In this document: positions 1 through 9,565 of the stretch, piece by piece | Position numbering within the stretch: position 1 is the stretch's first letter | Layout of the letters: each line of letters starts with the position of its first letter | Virus record (IMG/VR): IMGVR_UViG_3300000234_000005 | Coordinates: 1 to 61,910 of that record | Direction: 5' to 3' (one strand) | DNA from: a virus | Lineage: Duplodnaviria; Caudoviricetes | DNA length: 61,910 nucleotides | The notes under the pieces: generated by a model | Seen by the model: only the letters and a program-made list of their open reading frames with translations | What the model was told of the DNA's origin: nothing | Database searches by the model: none | Program-made: the position numbers and the translations under genes

Positions 1-705
1 GTTGGCAGTGGTTGCTTGCGTGAGGTGTAGCTTACCAATCGTGTGCCGGCTGATCGCATCCGCAGCATCGCTTGTGCGGGTGTATGGGTAGTATGAGACA
101 GTAGAGTCCGAGTTGGTGACTTCAATATCACCAATCCGCGCAGACTCCGATAACCCGGCTGGGTTGGTGTTCTGAATTTCCACTACTGCGGCTTTGACCG
201 GCGCAGGGAATGAGATGTTCACCCATTGTGGAACGGCAGCACCATTTGAGCTCCAGCTCTGCGTATCGCGGTCAGTCCCGCCGTCCATCAGCCTATTCGG
301 TGACCATGTACCATACTGGCTGGACGCGGTTAGCGTTGCACTGGCTAGGTTAATCATCACACCTGTATCGTCCCTGACACGCAGCTCGCCAATCCCTAAG
401 TAATTCGACCCAAATGTGCTTGTGACGTTGATGCGAATGTTTGTGACCGCAACATTATCAGCCGATCCCTTCACGCCGCCGACAGGAGTGTTTACCGTGG
501 ACGGTGTGACAAACGTTGACTCGATAAAGTTCAGTGCATCAATGCCGTTGACCTTGCCTACACCTGGGATGAACAGGTGCGCTTCTGTGCCGTATTTCGC
601 CAGCACGGCAAGTCCGTTGCTGATTGCTTTTGGTAATGCCCCAGAGTTACTATACAGTACTCCAAGCCAGTTATCCCAACTACACCATTTAGTATAGTCT
701 AACAT
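1..705 (-). CDS. Putative virion/tail-associated protein with discoidin (F5/8 type C)-like carbohydrate-binding region; partial, runs off the window start
   Basis: Not in the ORF track. ATG at 705 and 235 open codons to base 1 (MLDYTKWCSWDNWLG...ATLTASSQYGTWSPNRLMDG...WSSNGAAVPQWVNISF...HLTQATTAN). Lies in the late gene block and is GC-richer than its surroundings. Confidence 0.6.
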   Translation of the reverse strand, partial: MLDYTKWCSWDNWLGVLYSNSGALPKAISNGLAVLAKYGTEAHLFIPGVGKVNGIDALNFIESTFVTPSTVNTPVGGVKGSADNVAVTNIRINVTSTFGSNYLGIGELRVRDDTGVMINLASATLTASSQYGTWSPNRLMDGGTDRDTQSWSSNGAAVPQWVNISFPAPVKAAVVEIQNTNPAGLSESARIGDIEVTNSDSTVSYYPYTRTSDAADAISRHTIGKLHLTQATTAN

Positions 706-706
706 A

Positions 707-946
707 TTAAATAGCGTAAGTTACTAGTTGTTTACCGGAAGAACCCGTAACCCAAATAACACCCTTCAACATAGCACTAGTGACTACTCCTTCTGCTGGT
801 AGTTTGAACGCATTAGCTGTAGAAGTAGGGGATGACGCACTAGCAGTCACGTAGATATAACTATTACTATTATTTTGCAGCATATAATCTACATTATTAC
901 TAATCTGTACCCAAGCATCTGTAAGTACAATTGATGAATTAACCAT
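707..946 (-). CDS. Small hypothetical late (virion-associated) protein
   Basis: 79 aa ORF with AAGGA RBS; beta-rich composition; abuts the next gene. Confidence 0.6.
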   Translation of the reverse strand: MVNSSIVLTDAWVQISNNVDYMLQNNSNSYIYVTASASSPTSTANAFKLPAEGVVTSAMLKGVIWVTGSSGKQLVTYAI

Positions 947-975
947 TATTTTAATCCTTATATATTTATTTAATT

Positions 976-1003
976 AGTATATACTTATTTAACATTTTGT
1001 CAA
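976..1003 (-). promoter_or_regulatory. Sigma70-type promoter
   Basis: Minus strand TTGACA-16 nt-TATACT upstream of 707..946. Confidence 0.6.
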
Positions 1004-1008
1004 TTAGT

Positions 1009-1272
1009 TTACATGCCAGCTAGTGACTTAGCTAATCCCTGTCCACCACCTTGTCCCATGCCTTGTGGTTGCTGAGCTTTCATTTGCTCTTGAATAATCA
1101 TAATTGCTTGTTCAATCAGATCTACCGGTACACCAGCATCAACTAATTCTTGTGGTTGCACACCTTGCATCAGCAATTGTACTACTTCTTCTACCGTAAC
1201 TTCTTGAGCACCTGCTCCGGAATTACCTTGTGCTGCTTGTTGTACTTCACCCATCTGCATATCTTCATTCAT
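1009..1272 (-). CDS. Hypothetical Gln/Gly-rich protein downstream of portal
   Basis: 87 aa ORF co-oriented with portal, AAGGT RBS. Confidence 0.65.
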   Translation of the reverse strand: MNEDMQMGEVQQAAQGNSGAGAQEVTVEEVVQLLMQGVQPQELVDAGVPVDLIEQAIMIIQEQMKAQQPQGMGQGGGQGLAKSLAGM

Positions 1273-1283
1273 ATTATTTACCT

Positions 1284-3836
1284 TTACTTAATTACATTTT
1301 GTGGTTTAACTTTCAGCAATCTCTCTTTAGCTATGGCATCAAACGCACTTTTATCTAATGAGGACTTATGCTTCAGTTCTTCGATTTCAAGCTTTCTTGC
1401 GTGCTCTTTATCCTTCCCCATATTCCCCATAGCTAACTTATCTAATGAAGCCATATGCTTCAATTCCTCTGCTCGCACTTTGCTACTCTCTTCTTCACCA
1501 TTCTCAATCCTTAAGAACGCTAAGTCATCCAAGTCCGTCTTACTATGAATACTTCTAGCAGTAGCTTCATCCTTAGCTGCCTTAGCCAATTTAACTTGCT
1601 TATCAATCTCATTCTCCGCAGCAATACTTTCATTGCGAGCAGTCTCACTTTGTAGTTTAGCATTTTCCAATTGCAATCTCTGAATTTCAAGTTGCTTTAA
1701 TTGCTCTTGTACTGGATCAGGTTCTGGCTTAAAGTCCCTAATCTTCTTAGCTTGCTCAGGCATCCGTGACAAATCTAATATCTGAGCCATCAACTCATTA
1801 GTTATTCCAGGGTCAACCGAATTACCAATAGTCTGTAGCAAGAAACTCAATTCTTGCGCCTTAGCTGATTGATCTTCTAGTGTGGCAATAGTCAAATCAA
1901 TATCTATTCTACCCTCCAAGTCATCTTTACGTACAGGTACAAATTCGTCATTAGTTACTCTAACAATTTCTTCTTCTTCCAAGAATTCGGAATTATACGA
2001 CATCCATTTACGCAATAACGGCTTAACCATGTTCTCAGCTATATTACGTACTATGTTCATATTGCGTACCGAAGTAGCATCTTGTACGCCTCTAGCTGCC
2101 GTGGCGGTATTATGAGTAAGGATAAATCTATCTGTTACTGCATACAGTCTATCATCACTATCCACAGTTAGACAGCGCATGAGTACCTTGTCTACTTTTT
2201 CCATAGCAGTTATTTTTACAGTCCTGCATCTTGGCGTCATACTACTTGTAACTTTTTCACCTGTGAGGATTTCTTGTATTTTCGGTATTGTTACTGTACG
2301 ACCTGCTTGTAGATGCTCGTATACAGTATCAGCATCTACTGTGTGCCATTTTCTCAATGAGTGTTTAGTACCTGCTACCTTAATTGTCCATAAGTGCTCA
2401 CCGCCAGATTTTACAAAACCACCATTATTGAAATACATATCATAAGCTTGCTTTGGGTACTGTATTTCATGGGCTTTTGTTACACTAGTAGATTTACCAT
2501 TTGAACCAATAAGCTCATCACCATCTTGAATGTCTCTTAGTTTTTTGAATGAGCCATCAATCATTGGTATATCAGTTTCAATGTCTAACATCGCGCCGAG
2601 GCTGCTACCTGTAATACCACCACTGAAGCTTTTAACCCCAGTTAAACTTTCCATTTCATTATTCATCAATCCAATAAGATCAAATGCAGAATTTGGAATT
2701 ACATTATAACCACCTTGCCAGAAATCTGCTGGCCCACCATTAAACTCGAAGTTTTTACCTTGTAACCACTTCTTCCTATTAATCGGATCTAGCGCACCTT
2801 TACGTACTCCAATTTGACCATTATTACTCTGTGCCATATTATCAATAACACCACGAATAACAGCAGTCTTAATCTTCTGATTATCACCAATTAGTTCAGC
2901 ATTAGCCTCACCATACATCTGAAATGGGATTGCATTAAACGGTACAATAATGAATGGTGGTTTGCCATCCGGATAAGGATTACCTTCTAATCTAATGATT
3001 GTATCACCTACCCATACGCATACAACTGGTTCAGTTACACCATCTTCATCTACGTCATAGTTACCCCAATACTCATACACAACTAACTTTTTTCTGGCTT
3101 CATCTTCAAATTGAAACCTTGTTGGGTCTTGTGGATAGTATGAAGGATCATTGAAATTTGATCCTAGTGACTTATTAACTCTATCTAAGTTCTTATATCT
3201 ACCATCTTTCTTTAGTGTACTAATATCACTCTCATATCTATAAATAACAAACTGACAAGCATCAATATTATCTTGACAAGTAGGGTCTATGAATATGTCT
3301 TCATTTCTACACACCTTAGCAGTAGGTTGGTTTTTATGAACTATTGTATGCTTAGCTTTTTTAGTACCAATGTATTCTTCACCATACTCATTACGCAATA
3401 CTACTTCAGCATCTACTTCAACTTCTTCGTCTTCATAATCCCAACCAGTCTGAATAACTACAGTACCTTCACGCTCTAATACTTTAGTTGCTTTGGACAT
3501 GAAATTAAATCTATCAAACTTTCTACAGAATTGAGTATTTAACAATAATTCATTTTGTTTAGCTGCAGGAGTATCTTCATAGGTAATAGGAAAGCACTTT
3601 ACAATATCATTACTGCTTACGAACGGATCAATAATCTTAGAATGCTGCCATTCCAGTTGCTTCTTAATATCCTTAGATACAATAGCTGATTTGCCTTCTA
3701 CTTCATTACCATAAGGAAGCCCTTCGGTAGCATTTACCCAAATTTTTCTTTTAGCATCCCATTGCAATTTCATATACTCAGAAGATTTTAAATCTGCTTT
3801 AAAACTTCTTAGTAATTTAGCTTTATCAACAGCCAT
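1284..3836 (-). CDS. N4-like portal protein containing a mini-intein
   Basis: Portal-like motifs (DIFIDPTC, VVYEYWG, NPYPDGKPPF, ESLTGVKSFSGG, EEEIVRVTN) and a coiled-coil C-terminus; 850 aa precursor, about 689 aa after intein removal. Confidence 0.9.
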   Translation of the reverse strand: MAVDKAKLLRSFKADLKSSEYMKLQWDAKRKIWVNATEGLPYGNEVEGKSAIVSKDIKKQLEWQHSKIIDPFVSSNDIVKCFPITYEDTPAAKQNELLLNTQFCRKFDRFNFMSKATKVLEREGTVVIQTGWDYEDEEVEVDAEVVLRNEYGEEYIGTKKAKHTIVHKNQPTAKVCRNEDIFIDPTCQDNIDACQFVIYRYESDISTLKKDGRYKNLDRVNKSLGSNFNDPSYYPQDPTRFQFEDEARKKLVVYEYWGNYDVDEDGVTEPVVCVWVGDTIIRLEGNPYPDGKPPFIIVPFNAIPFQMYGEANAELIGDNQKIKTAVIRGVIDNMAQSNNGQIGVRKGALDPINRKKWLQGKNFEFNGGPADFWQGGYNVIPNSAFDLIGLMNNEMESLTGVKSFSGGITGSSLGAMLDIETDIPMIDGSFKKLRDIQDGDELIGSNGKSTSVTKAHEIQYPKQAYDMYFNNGGFVKSGGEHLWTIKVAGTKHSLRKWHTVDADTVYEHLQAGRTVTIPKIQEILTGEKVTSSMTPRCRTVKITAMEKVDKVLMRCLTVDSDDRLYAVTDRFILTHNTATAARGVQDATSVRNMNIVRNIAENMVKPLLRKWMSYNSEFLEEEEIVRVTNDEFVPVRKDDLEGRIDIDLTIATLEDQSAKAQELSFLLQTIGNSVDPGITNELMAQILDLSRMPEQAKKIRDFKPEPDPVQEQLKQLEIQRLQLENAKLQSETARNESIAAENEIDKQVKLAKAAKDEATARSIHSKTDLDDLAFLRIENGEEESSKVRAEELKHMASLDKLAMGNMGKDKEHARKLEIEELKHKSSLDKSAFDAIAKERLLKVKPQNVIK
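2109..2591 (-). mobile_element. Class 3 mini-intein in portal (161 aa, Met at position 1)
   Basis: GSSLGA|MLDIETDIPMIDG...GEHLW...MRCLTVDSDDRLY...ILTHN|TATAARG; W/C/T triad of class 3 inteins; no endonuclease domain. Confidence 0.85.
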
Positions 3837-3846
3837 TTAGTTATCC

Positions 3847-4206
3847 TTATTTTAAGTTTTCAAGTTTATAAATAGTTCTGTAATACACACCTAACAACAC
3901 ATCAGCTAGTGCTTGTAGTACATTATCTTCTTTATTACATAACTTGAATCTATTATCTTCAATCCACTTAGCGTGCATTTTCAGTGTTTCTAGCGACGTT
4001 GATTTAGCATCATTAGTCATTCTAGTAATTTCTTTCAACGGGCCATGCTTACCCTGATATACTTCTGCTAATTCATCAACAGCTTCCAGCACATCATCGT
4101 AGAAAGATTGAAGAATCATATGTTCTTCATAACTTTTACTGCGCAAATGAAATATATGAGCGTAGTCTCTACTTAAAAATACAAGTGCAATTAATTTTTC
4201 CATCAC
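3847..4206 (-). CDS. Ferritin/Dps-like four-helix protein
   Basis: AHIFHL..KSYEEH..L..FYD......DELAE.YQG..G and terminal YKLENLK pattern. Confidence 0.65.
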   Translation of the reverse strand: MMEKLIALVFLSRDYAHIFHLRSKSYEEHMILQSFYDDVLEAVDELAEVYQGKHGPLKEITRMTNDAKSTSLETLKMHAKWIEDNRFKLCNKEDNVLQALADVLLGVYYRTIYKLENLK

Positions 4207-4228
4207 CGAATCCTTTATTTAATACCAA

Positions 4229-4237
4229 CTATTATAC
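4229..4237 (-). promoter_or_regulatory. Late -10 element GTATAATAG (also at 6311-6319 and 11790-11798)
   Basis: An identical 9-mer containing TATAAT lies 20-30 nt upstream of three late genes (starts 4206, 6285, 11764). Confidence 0.55.
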
Positions 4238-4255
4238 GCTATATGAGGCAAGCTA

Positions 4256-4510
4256 TCAATTTTCTTTAACCCATTGTATTAATTTATCTAATTGACTTCT
4301 GGTGTCTTTCCAGATAACCCCATTCTCATTTGCATTATACAGCAAATCTTGTTCATTACCACCAGCAAACGGCACTGGCTCTTTAGCAGGTTGCAATAAC
4401 TCCGCAGGTGGATAACTTTTACTCTGAGGAGTTACTAAGGGAACTGTTGTAGATGCGCACCCAGTCAGTACTAAACTGGTGGACAGCAGGATTACTTTTA
4501 GCAAATTCAT
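4256..4510 (-). CDS. o-spanin (Rz1-like lipoprotein)
   Basis: Start re-assigned to MNLLKVILLSTSLVLTGC (lipobox LTGC, AAGGT RBS); Pro-rich; overlaps the i-spanin in another frame. Confidence 0.8.
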   Translation of the reverse strand: MNLLKVILLSTSLVLTGCASTTVPLVTPQSKSYPPAELLQPAKEPVPFAGGNEQDLLYNANENGVIWKDTRSQLDKLIQWVKEN

Positions 4511-4760
4511 CAATTTTACCTTTATTCTTAACCTTAATACTTTGATTTTTATTTTTAGCATCAATCAATTCTTGGGATAGCTTGAGACTTTTTTCTCTTT
4601 CAGCAATTAACTGCAAATTAGTTTCATTAACTAATGCTGTCTTCTCTTCCGCATAAGCAGCTTGCATCTTAGCGATTTTATTATCATATCGCCAATCTTG
4701 TACTATCCAAGTCCCTGCAACTAATACCAAAGCTAAAGCACCAATCACATAATTATTCAT
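4419..4760 (-). CDS. i-spanin (Rz-like)
   Basis: Start re-assigned to MNNYVIGALALVLVAGTWIVQDWRY; N-terminal TM helix plus coiled coil; directly follows the endolysin. Confidence 0.8.
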   Translation of the reverse strand: MNNYVIGALALVLVAGTWIVQDWRYDNKIAKMQAAYAEEKTALVNETNLQLIAEREKSLKLSQELIDAKNKNQSIKVKNKGKIDEFAKSNPAVHQFSTDWVRIYNSSLSNSSE

Positions 4761-4761
4761 A

Positions 4762-5334
4762 TTACCAGTACCTATACTCTTTAGATAACCAATCACCATA
4801 TTTATTCCCATACTTATACACCCTAACAGAATAATCATAATTGATTTCACAGTTAGATATTTTGCTACCATTCTTAAAGGTAGTATAGCCTCTAGTACAT
4901 TGAGCTAATGCTGCTTCCCAATCAACCTCTCCAGCTTTTTTAATTTCTTTTAATACCCAATTACCACCATTATATATCTGGTAAGTAACCCATAATTTCT
5001 TATGCGGGTTTTGATTATGTGAATCTTTCATTATATAAGCTTGCTGTGTAGTCCAATGAGCACTAGTTAATCCTGCTCTAGTTAGTGGTTTTTGCCAAAG
5101 ACTATACGTTATCTGCGCAGGTGTAGACGACCCATGTGAATCCCTACTTATAATGTCTCTACAGCCACTCTCCTGCTTTAATTGTCCTACCCCATACTGA
5201 GATGGATAATCTAATCCAAAGTACAGGGCGTGAGCCTTACGTACTGGCTGTACATACTGCTCACATCTATCTACCGCATAAGCTTGAGACATAACTAATG
5301 AGAGCACTATAGCCTTCCACACATCAACCGCCAA
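4762..5334 (-). CDS. Endolysin, lytic transglycosylase (SLT)-like, with N-terminal signal peptide
   Basis: GQLKQESG catalytic Glu motif, YNGG motif, N.DY near the C-terminus; lies between holin and spanins. Confidence 0.75.
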   Translation of the reverse strand: MAVDVWKAIVLSLVMSQAYAVDRCEQYVQPVRKAHALYFGLDYPSQYGVGQLKQESGCRDIISRDSHGSSTPAQITYSLWQKPLTRAGLTSAHWTTQQAYIMKDSHNQNPHKKLWVTYQIYNGGNWVLKEIKKAGEVDWEAALAQCTRGYTTFKNGSKISNCEINYDYSVRVYKYGNKYGDWLSKEYRYW

Positions 5335-5587
5335 ATGTATATGCGATAGGCACTATAATGTAAAACGCAATTCTGGCATACGTACCAGCAGGCATTACAG
5401 TAGAGTCCCAATTTACTTTAGGGAATATCAGCTTACCTGCTACGTGAGCATGTAAAATACCAGCACTAACCGTAATAGCCTTAAACAGTAGCAATTGTGC
5501 TGGACTAGTAACATCCAAGTAAGCTCCGGTAATTAACGCTAATATACCCACAACCAGTAAAACTAAATCAAACACATATCTTTTCAT
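5324..5587 (-). CDS. Putative holin (three TM segments)
   Basis: 87 aa, three hydrophobic helices, overlaps the endolysin start. Confidence 0.65.
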   Translation of the reverse strand: MKRYVFDLVLLVVGILALITGAYLDVTSPAQLLLFKAITVSAGILHAHVAGKLIFPKVNWDSTVMPAGTYARIAFYIIVPIAYTFGG

Positions 5588-6285
5588 TTTATACGTCCCT
5601 TACCTGAACCTAATCCCGCTAACAAAGTACCAACATTAGCAAATGCCTCTTCAAGCCAGCCCATTTTTTGTTCATCAATATCACATTCTTCATTAGTATA
5701 TAGTATTAAACCAATACCAAATACTTTTCCTCTTGCGTCAGTAACAGGAAAACAATATAACGATTTTACTTCAAAATCTAATAGTTGTTGGTATACCCCG
5801 CGCAGGTCACTTATTTGTTGCAGATCATCTATTTTTGGTATTGCCATGTACTGCCTATTAAACATCTTGTCGTTGACAGTGCTTATGTAATTTGCAGGCC
5901 AATTCTGAACTTTATTCATTATAGAAGTAGCATCACCGCTCAACTTCTCATGTGTCATTGATAGTTTTAGTAAACTAGTATTAGTAATAGAGCGAGTACC
6001 ATTATGATATTGCACTACACAAACCCTATCTGCATTTACAGTATTTTTTATATCATTTAACAACGGACTAATATTAGTTTCATTTTTAATTTGCCCAGTG
6101 TAATCTGACTCTTTGCTTATCTTCAATTCTTTAGCCAGTTCTTTCGTGCTACTTACCAACTTAACTAAGAAGCTTGTGATAGTAGCTAGTGCTACGGTAC
6201 TAAGGGTAATTATGATTAACGTATAACCAATCCAAGCAGTTTCTGGATTATTTACTATAAACCCTAACGAATGTACAACTTCCAT
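5584..6285 (-). CDS. Membrane-anchored GAF-like protein (holin/antiholin-like)
   Basis: One N-terminal TM helix followed by a soluble ADRV....YHNG...LYCFPV.D..G..FG domain; first gene of the lysis cassette. Confidence 0.5.
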   Translation of the reverse strand: MEVVHSLGFIVNNPETAWIGYTLIIITLSTVALATITSFLVKLVSSTKELAKELKISKESDYTGQIKNETNISPLLNDIKNTVNADRVCVVQYHNGTRSITNTSLLKLSMTHEKLSGDATSIMNKVQNWPANYISTVNDKMFNRQYMAIPKIDDLQQISDLRGVYQQLLDFEVKSLYCFPVTDARGKVFGIGLILYTNEECDIDEQKMGWLEEAFANVGTLLAGLGSGKGRIK

Positions 6286-6403
6286 TTTTCTTTCTCGTAA
6301 TTAATAGCAACTATTATACCTAATTTGCTGCTGTTTATCAAACTATTCGGGGCTTTAATACCCTTAATGAACCACCACGGTATAGACTATTAGGCCTACC
6401 TTT

Positions 6404-7000
6404 TTAATGTCCTGCAAGCATCGCAGTTCTAGCCGCGTCCATCTCAGCCCTAGCTACATCTAGTGCGGCTTGAGCTGCTTCACGGTCTTGCGCAATCTCA
6501 ATGGCTTTTTCAGCTCGTCTCTTGATACCCAAGTACGTTCCGATCAGTAAATGCACAAATGATGCCTTACCAGTGATCTTGGCAGATAGTGTATCCGGTG
6601 TCTCGTCATAACGGAGGATGGCGTCTAGCAGTGCGGTTTGCTCCAACGTTGCAGTACCAGCCTGATACGCCTCTGCCGCTGCGAGCTGTATTGCCCAAGT
6701 TTCACGCTCTGCCTGTGGAGCGTCACCCGTCAGGCTGATCATCGCCTTGTTGTACGTCGAGTTGATGGTGCTGATGGCAGACGCTTTGACGGATTCAAGC
6801 GGAGGCAATGGCGGTTCGACAAGAACCGGGCGACCATCGGAGCCAATATCAATGTGCTTGCCTGCTGCAAGTCCTGCCCGCAGTGCAGAGTGTTCATCCA
6901 CGGTCAATTCGACCGTGTCTGTAGGCCATGTGCCAGCGGCTTCATAATCGCCCCGCATGTCGGCAGGGTAAAATCCAGAGGTGGTGTGACTATAATACAT
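6404..7000 (-). CDS. Tail fibre assembly chaperone
   Basis: MYYS.TT.GFY...WP.D.VE.....H..L......GK.I.....GRPVL pattern; directly downstream of the fibre gene. Confidence 0.8.
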   Translation of the reverse strand: MYYSHTTSGFYPADMRGDYEAAGTWPTDTVELTVDEHSALRAGLAAGKHIDIGSDGRPVLVEPPLPPLESVKASAISTINSTYNKAMISLTGDAPQAERETWAIQLAAAEAYQAGTATLEQTALLDAILRYDETPDTLSAKITGKASFVHLLIGTYLGIKRRAEKAIEIAQDREAAQAALDVARAEMDAARTAMLAGH

Positions 7001-7011
7001 AATTGATCTCC

Positions 7012-9564
7012 TTAATACCCAACGGCTAACATGAATACGTTATTCCCAGTTCTACCTCCATTGCTGTCCCACGCGGACACCAGAACGGATGTTAATGTTG
7101 TACTGCTAATATTTGAGAATTGCGGAGATGAGGCTAGAGTGCCTATGCTACCAACACTACCAACTGCTGAAGGGAAAGCGATTGGGTATGTCCACGTTAC
7201 AGACCCGCTACCTGAACACTGAACAATACCCCACTGGATAATTAACCCGCCCGGTAGCTTCTGATACCCGTTTTCCGCTCTGGACACAGCATATCTGGTA
7301 GCCTGTGATACGAGTACGCTACCTCCTATAACATTGAACTCCCCATTCCCTCGGGACGCTAATATTACACTATCGCCCCCAGGTAAATTGAGCACCGTGC
7401 CGTTAGCTGCTGAATACAACCCAATCGACGGAGCGAAAATAAATTGATTTGCGTTTGCAGAAATGGTATACGAAACACCATCACTGTTGAAGAAATAAAT
7501 CAAATCTCCAGAAACTCCACTGCCTACTGGAAGGGTGATCGTGGCTCCGTTGTGGACTTGAATGGCTTTTCCGTAAACAGAAGGTAGAAGGGTTTGAGTA
7601 GCTGCAGTTGGGATTACTCCGTTAAGACTACCAATACCTTGATACGCCGATATTCTGCCTCCAACAGTCAACGGTACATTAATATTAACAGCAGTATCAC
7701 TACTTGAAATGACGTTATTAGCCTTAACACGAAGATCTAATTGTCCATCATTAGGTGAAAACATACCGGTATTATGACCGACATTCTCGACAAAAGAATA
7801 CCCACCCGAAATACCAGCACTTTGAGGTGCGTTTACTTGGCCTGTGACACTCAAAACCCCAGTGATAGTTGCATCAGTATCACTTCTCAAAAATTGTGTG
7901 CTATTCAGCCCATCAAGCAGATCAGCATCTAAGCCACTACCTGCCCCATCGGTTGCTTCGTTCCAGGCTTTTACCCAAGCTTTCCATGTGCCTAGGTTCT
8001 TACGGCGAGTATAATTATTATCAGTTGATGAGTCATAAAATTGCTGTAAGGCAGTATCTACGTCGAAATACTGGTGCATAACCACATCACCAACACCTGC
8101 CCCGGGTGGGGTATTGGTTACAGTTGTCGATAACCGATACATACCGCTTACTGTTGCATCATTCAGGTCCCCTGAATAGTCAGGCGCAATAATTCGATAG
8201 AATGCAGAGCTATCCAAGCCATCAAGTAAATCAGCATCAAGACCAGATCCTGAGCCATCAACAGTTTTAATATCTATCAGCAACTGAGCTGGTGTGGTTG
8301 CTGCTTCAACAAACGCTGTAGAAGCTACCTGAGTGGTATTAGTGTTAGCTGCTGCGGTAGGTGTAGTAGGTGTTCCGGTAAACGCCGGAGAGGCTAGTGG
8401 AGCCTTAGTATCTAACTGTGTTTGAATAGCACTAGTCACACCATCTATATACCCAACCTCAGTCATAGTAACTGCAGTAGGCCAGTCACTAATCTGACTA
8501 ACGGTATGCGTATGTACAGTCGGCGCCTTACCATTTAATTGGGTTTGTATTGCACTAGTTACTCCGCTAACTAAGTTTAACTCACTAGCGGTAGCAGTAG
8601 TTACTCCTAAATCGGCTAGCGTACTAACCGAATTAGCTAACACAAATGCGGTTGTTGCTATCTGGTCAGTGTCAGTACCCAGAGCTGCTGTAGGTGCAGT
8701 TGGAGTGCCTGTAAGTACAGGACTAGCTAAACTTGCATATAAGCTATTAGCTCTAGCGGTATTTAGGTATTGTGCATGTGGATCACCAGTACTCAATCCT
8801 GATAGTGAACTATGATCAATTACTGGTTTAATTCTATTAGCCCATTCAGTACCGGTATAGTATAGTTCATGCGTAGTAGCAGGTGCTACAATACTAACAT
8901 CACTTAAATTATCTAATGTGTGAGTATGGGAAGTACTGGATTTTCCATTTAACTGTGTTTGAATATTACTGGTAGCACCATCTACATAATTAAGTTCAAC
9001 TGCAGTAATTGCAACTGGCCAATCACTAATATTACTAATTGTGTGTGTATGCCCGTCTGGAGTAACTGTAACTGCAATACTAGCATCAGCAGAACCATCA
9101 AATAATACTGAACCAGTAACTGGCCCGGTTAATGCAATTGTTCTACCAGTAGTCAATTTACCCGCAGAAGCAATTACAGGTATTTGAGTTGTTGTTAACT
9201 TACCAGTATTATCTAGGGTTGCAATCCCACTAACCGCACCAGCACTATTTTTAAATGCCTCAGTGGTATTCATATCCCCTGCAACAACTCTACCAGACAC
9301 ACCAGTACTATTTGCCCATCCTACTGGAACTGTACCATCTTGAGCACGTACTACTGTTATGCTAGTAGCAGTATGGGCTGTAACTTTTACAATTTCCCAT
9401 TGATTTTCAACACTGCCTTTTGGTGCTGTTAAAGTTACGTAAAACCAATCACCTACAGCCAGTACAGGAAATCCTGCATTACTATTAATTGAGATAGTAG
9501 TGGCTACTGAAGTAATATCTCCTACAGTAACTGTATACAGATTGTTAGCATATACCTGAGCCAT
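7012..9564 (-). CDS. Tail fibre protein
   Basis: Repeated fibre motifs (LASP..TGTPT.PTAA x2, VTS.IQTQL..K-like x3, GSGLDADLLDG x2) and C-terminal NGYQKLPGGLIIQWG domain. Confidence 0.9.
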   Translation of the reverse strand: MAQVYANNLYTVTVGDITSVATTISINSNAGFPVLAVGDWFYVTLTAPKGSVENQWEIVKVTAHTATSITVVRAQDGTVPVGWANSTGVSGRVVAGDMNTTEAFKNSAGAVSGIATLDNTGKLTTTQIPVIASAGKLTTGRTIALTGPVTGSVLFDGSADASIAVTVTPDGHTHTISNISDWPVAITAVELNYVDGATSNIQTQLNGKSSTSHTHTLDNLSDVSIVAPATTHELYYTGTEWANRIKPVIDHSSLSGLSTGDPHAQYLNTARANSLYASLASPVLTGTPTAPTAALGTDTDQIATTAFVLANSVSTLADLGVTTATASELNLVSGVTSAIQTQLNGKAPTVHTHTVSQISDWPTAVTMTEVGYIDGVTSAIQTQLDTKAPLASPAFTGTPTTPTAAANTNTTQVASTAFVEAATTPAQLLIDIKTVDGSGSGLDADLLDGLDSSAFYRIIAPDYSGDLNDATVSGMYRLSTTVTNTPPGAGVGDVVMHQYFDVDTALQQFYDSSTDNNYTRRKNLGTWKAWVKAWNEATDGAGSGLDADLLDGLNSTQFLRSDTDATITGVLSVTGQVNAPQSAGISGGYSFVENVGHNTGMFSPNDGQLDLRVKANNVISSSDTAVNINVPLTVGGRISAYQGIGSLNGVIPTAATQTLLPSVYGKAIQVHNGATITLPVGSGVSGDLIYFFNSDGVSYTISANANQFIFAPSIGLYSAANGTVLNLPGGDSVILASRGNGEFNVIGGSVLVSQATRYAVSRAENGYQKLPGGLIIQWGIVQCSGSGSVTWTYPIAFPSAVGSVGSIGTLASSPQFSNISSTTLTSVLVSAWDSNGGRTGNNVFMLAVGY

Positions 9565-9565
9565 A

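Noticed and set aside
194-697. Plus-strand ORFs 194..403 and 416..697, and similar antisense ORFs throughout the window
   Set aside because: They are shadows of longer genes on the opposite strand and have no motifs or RBS.
7012-9564. Diversity-generating retroelement or invertible fibre system
   Set aside because: No reverse transcriptase, invertase or template/variable repeat pair was seen; the repeats are ordinary fibre motifs.
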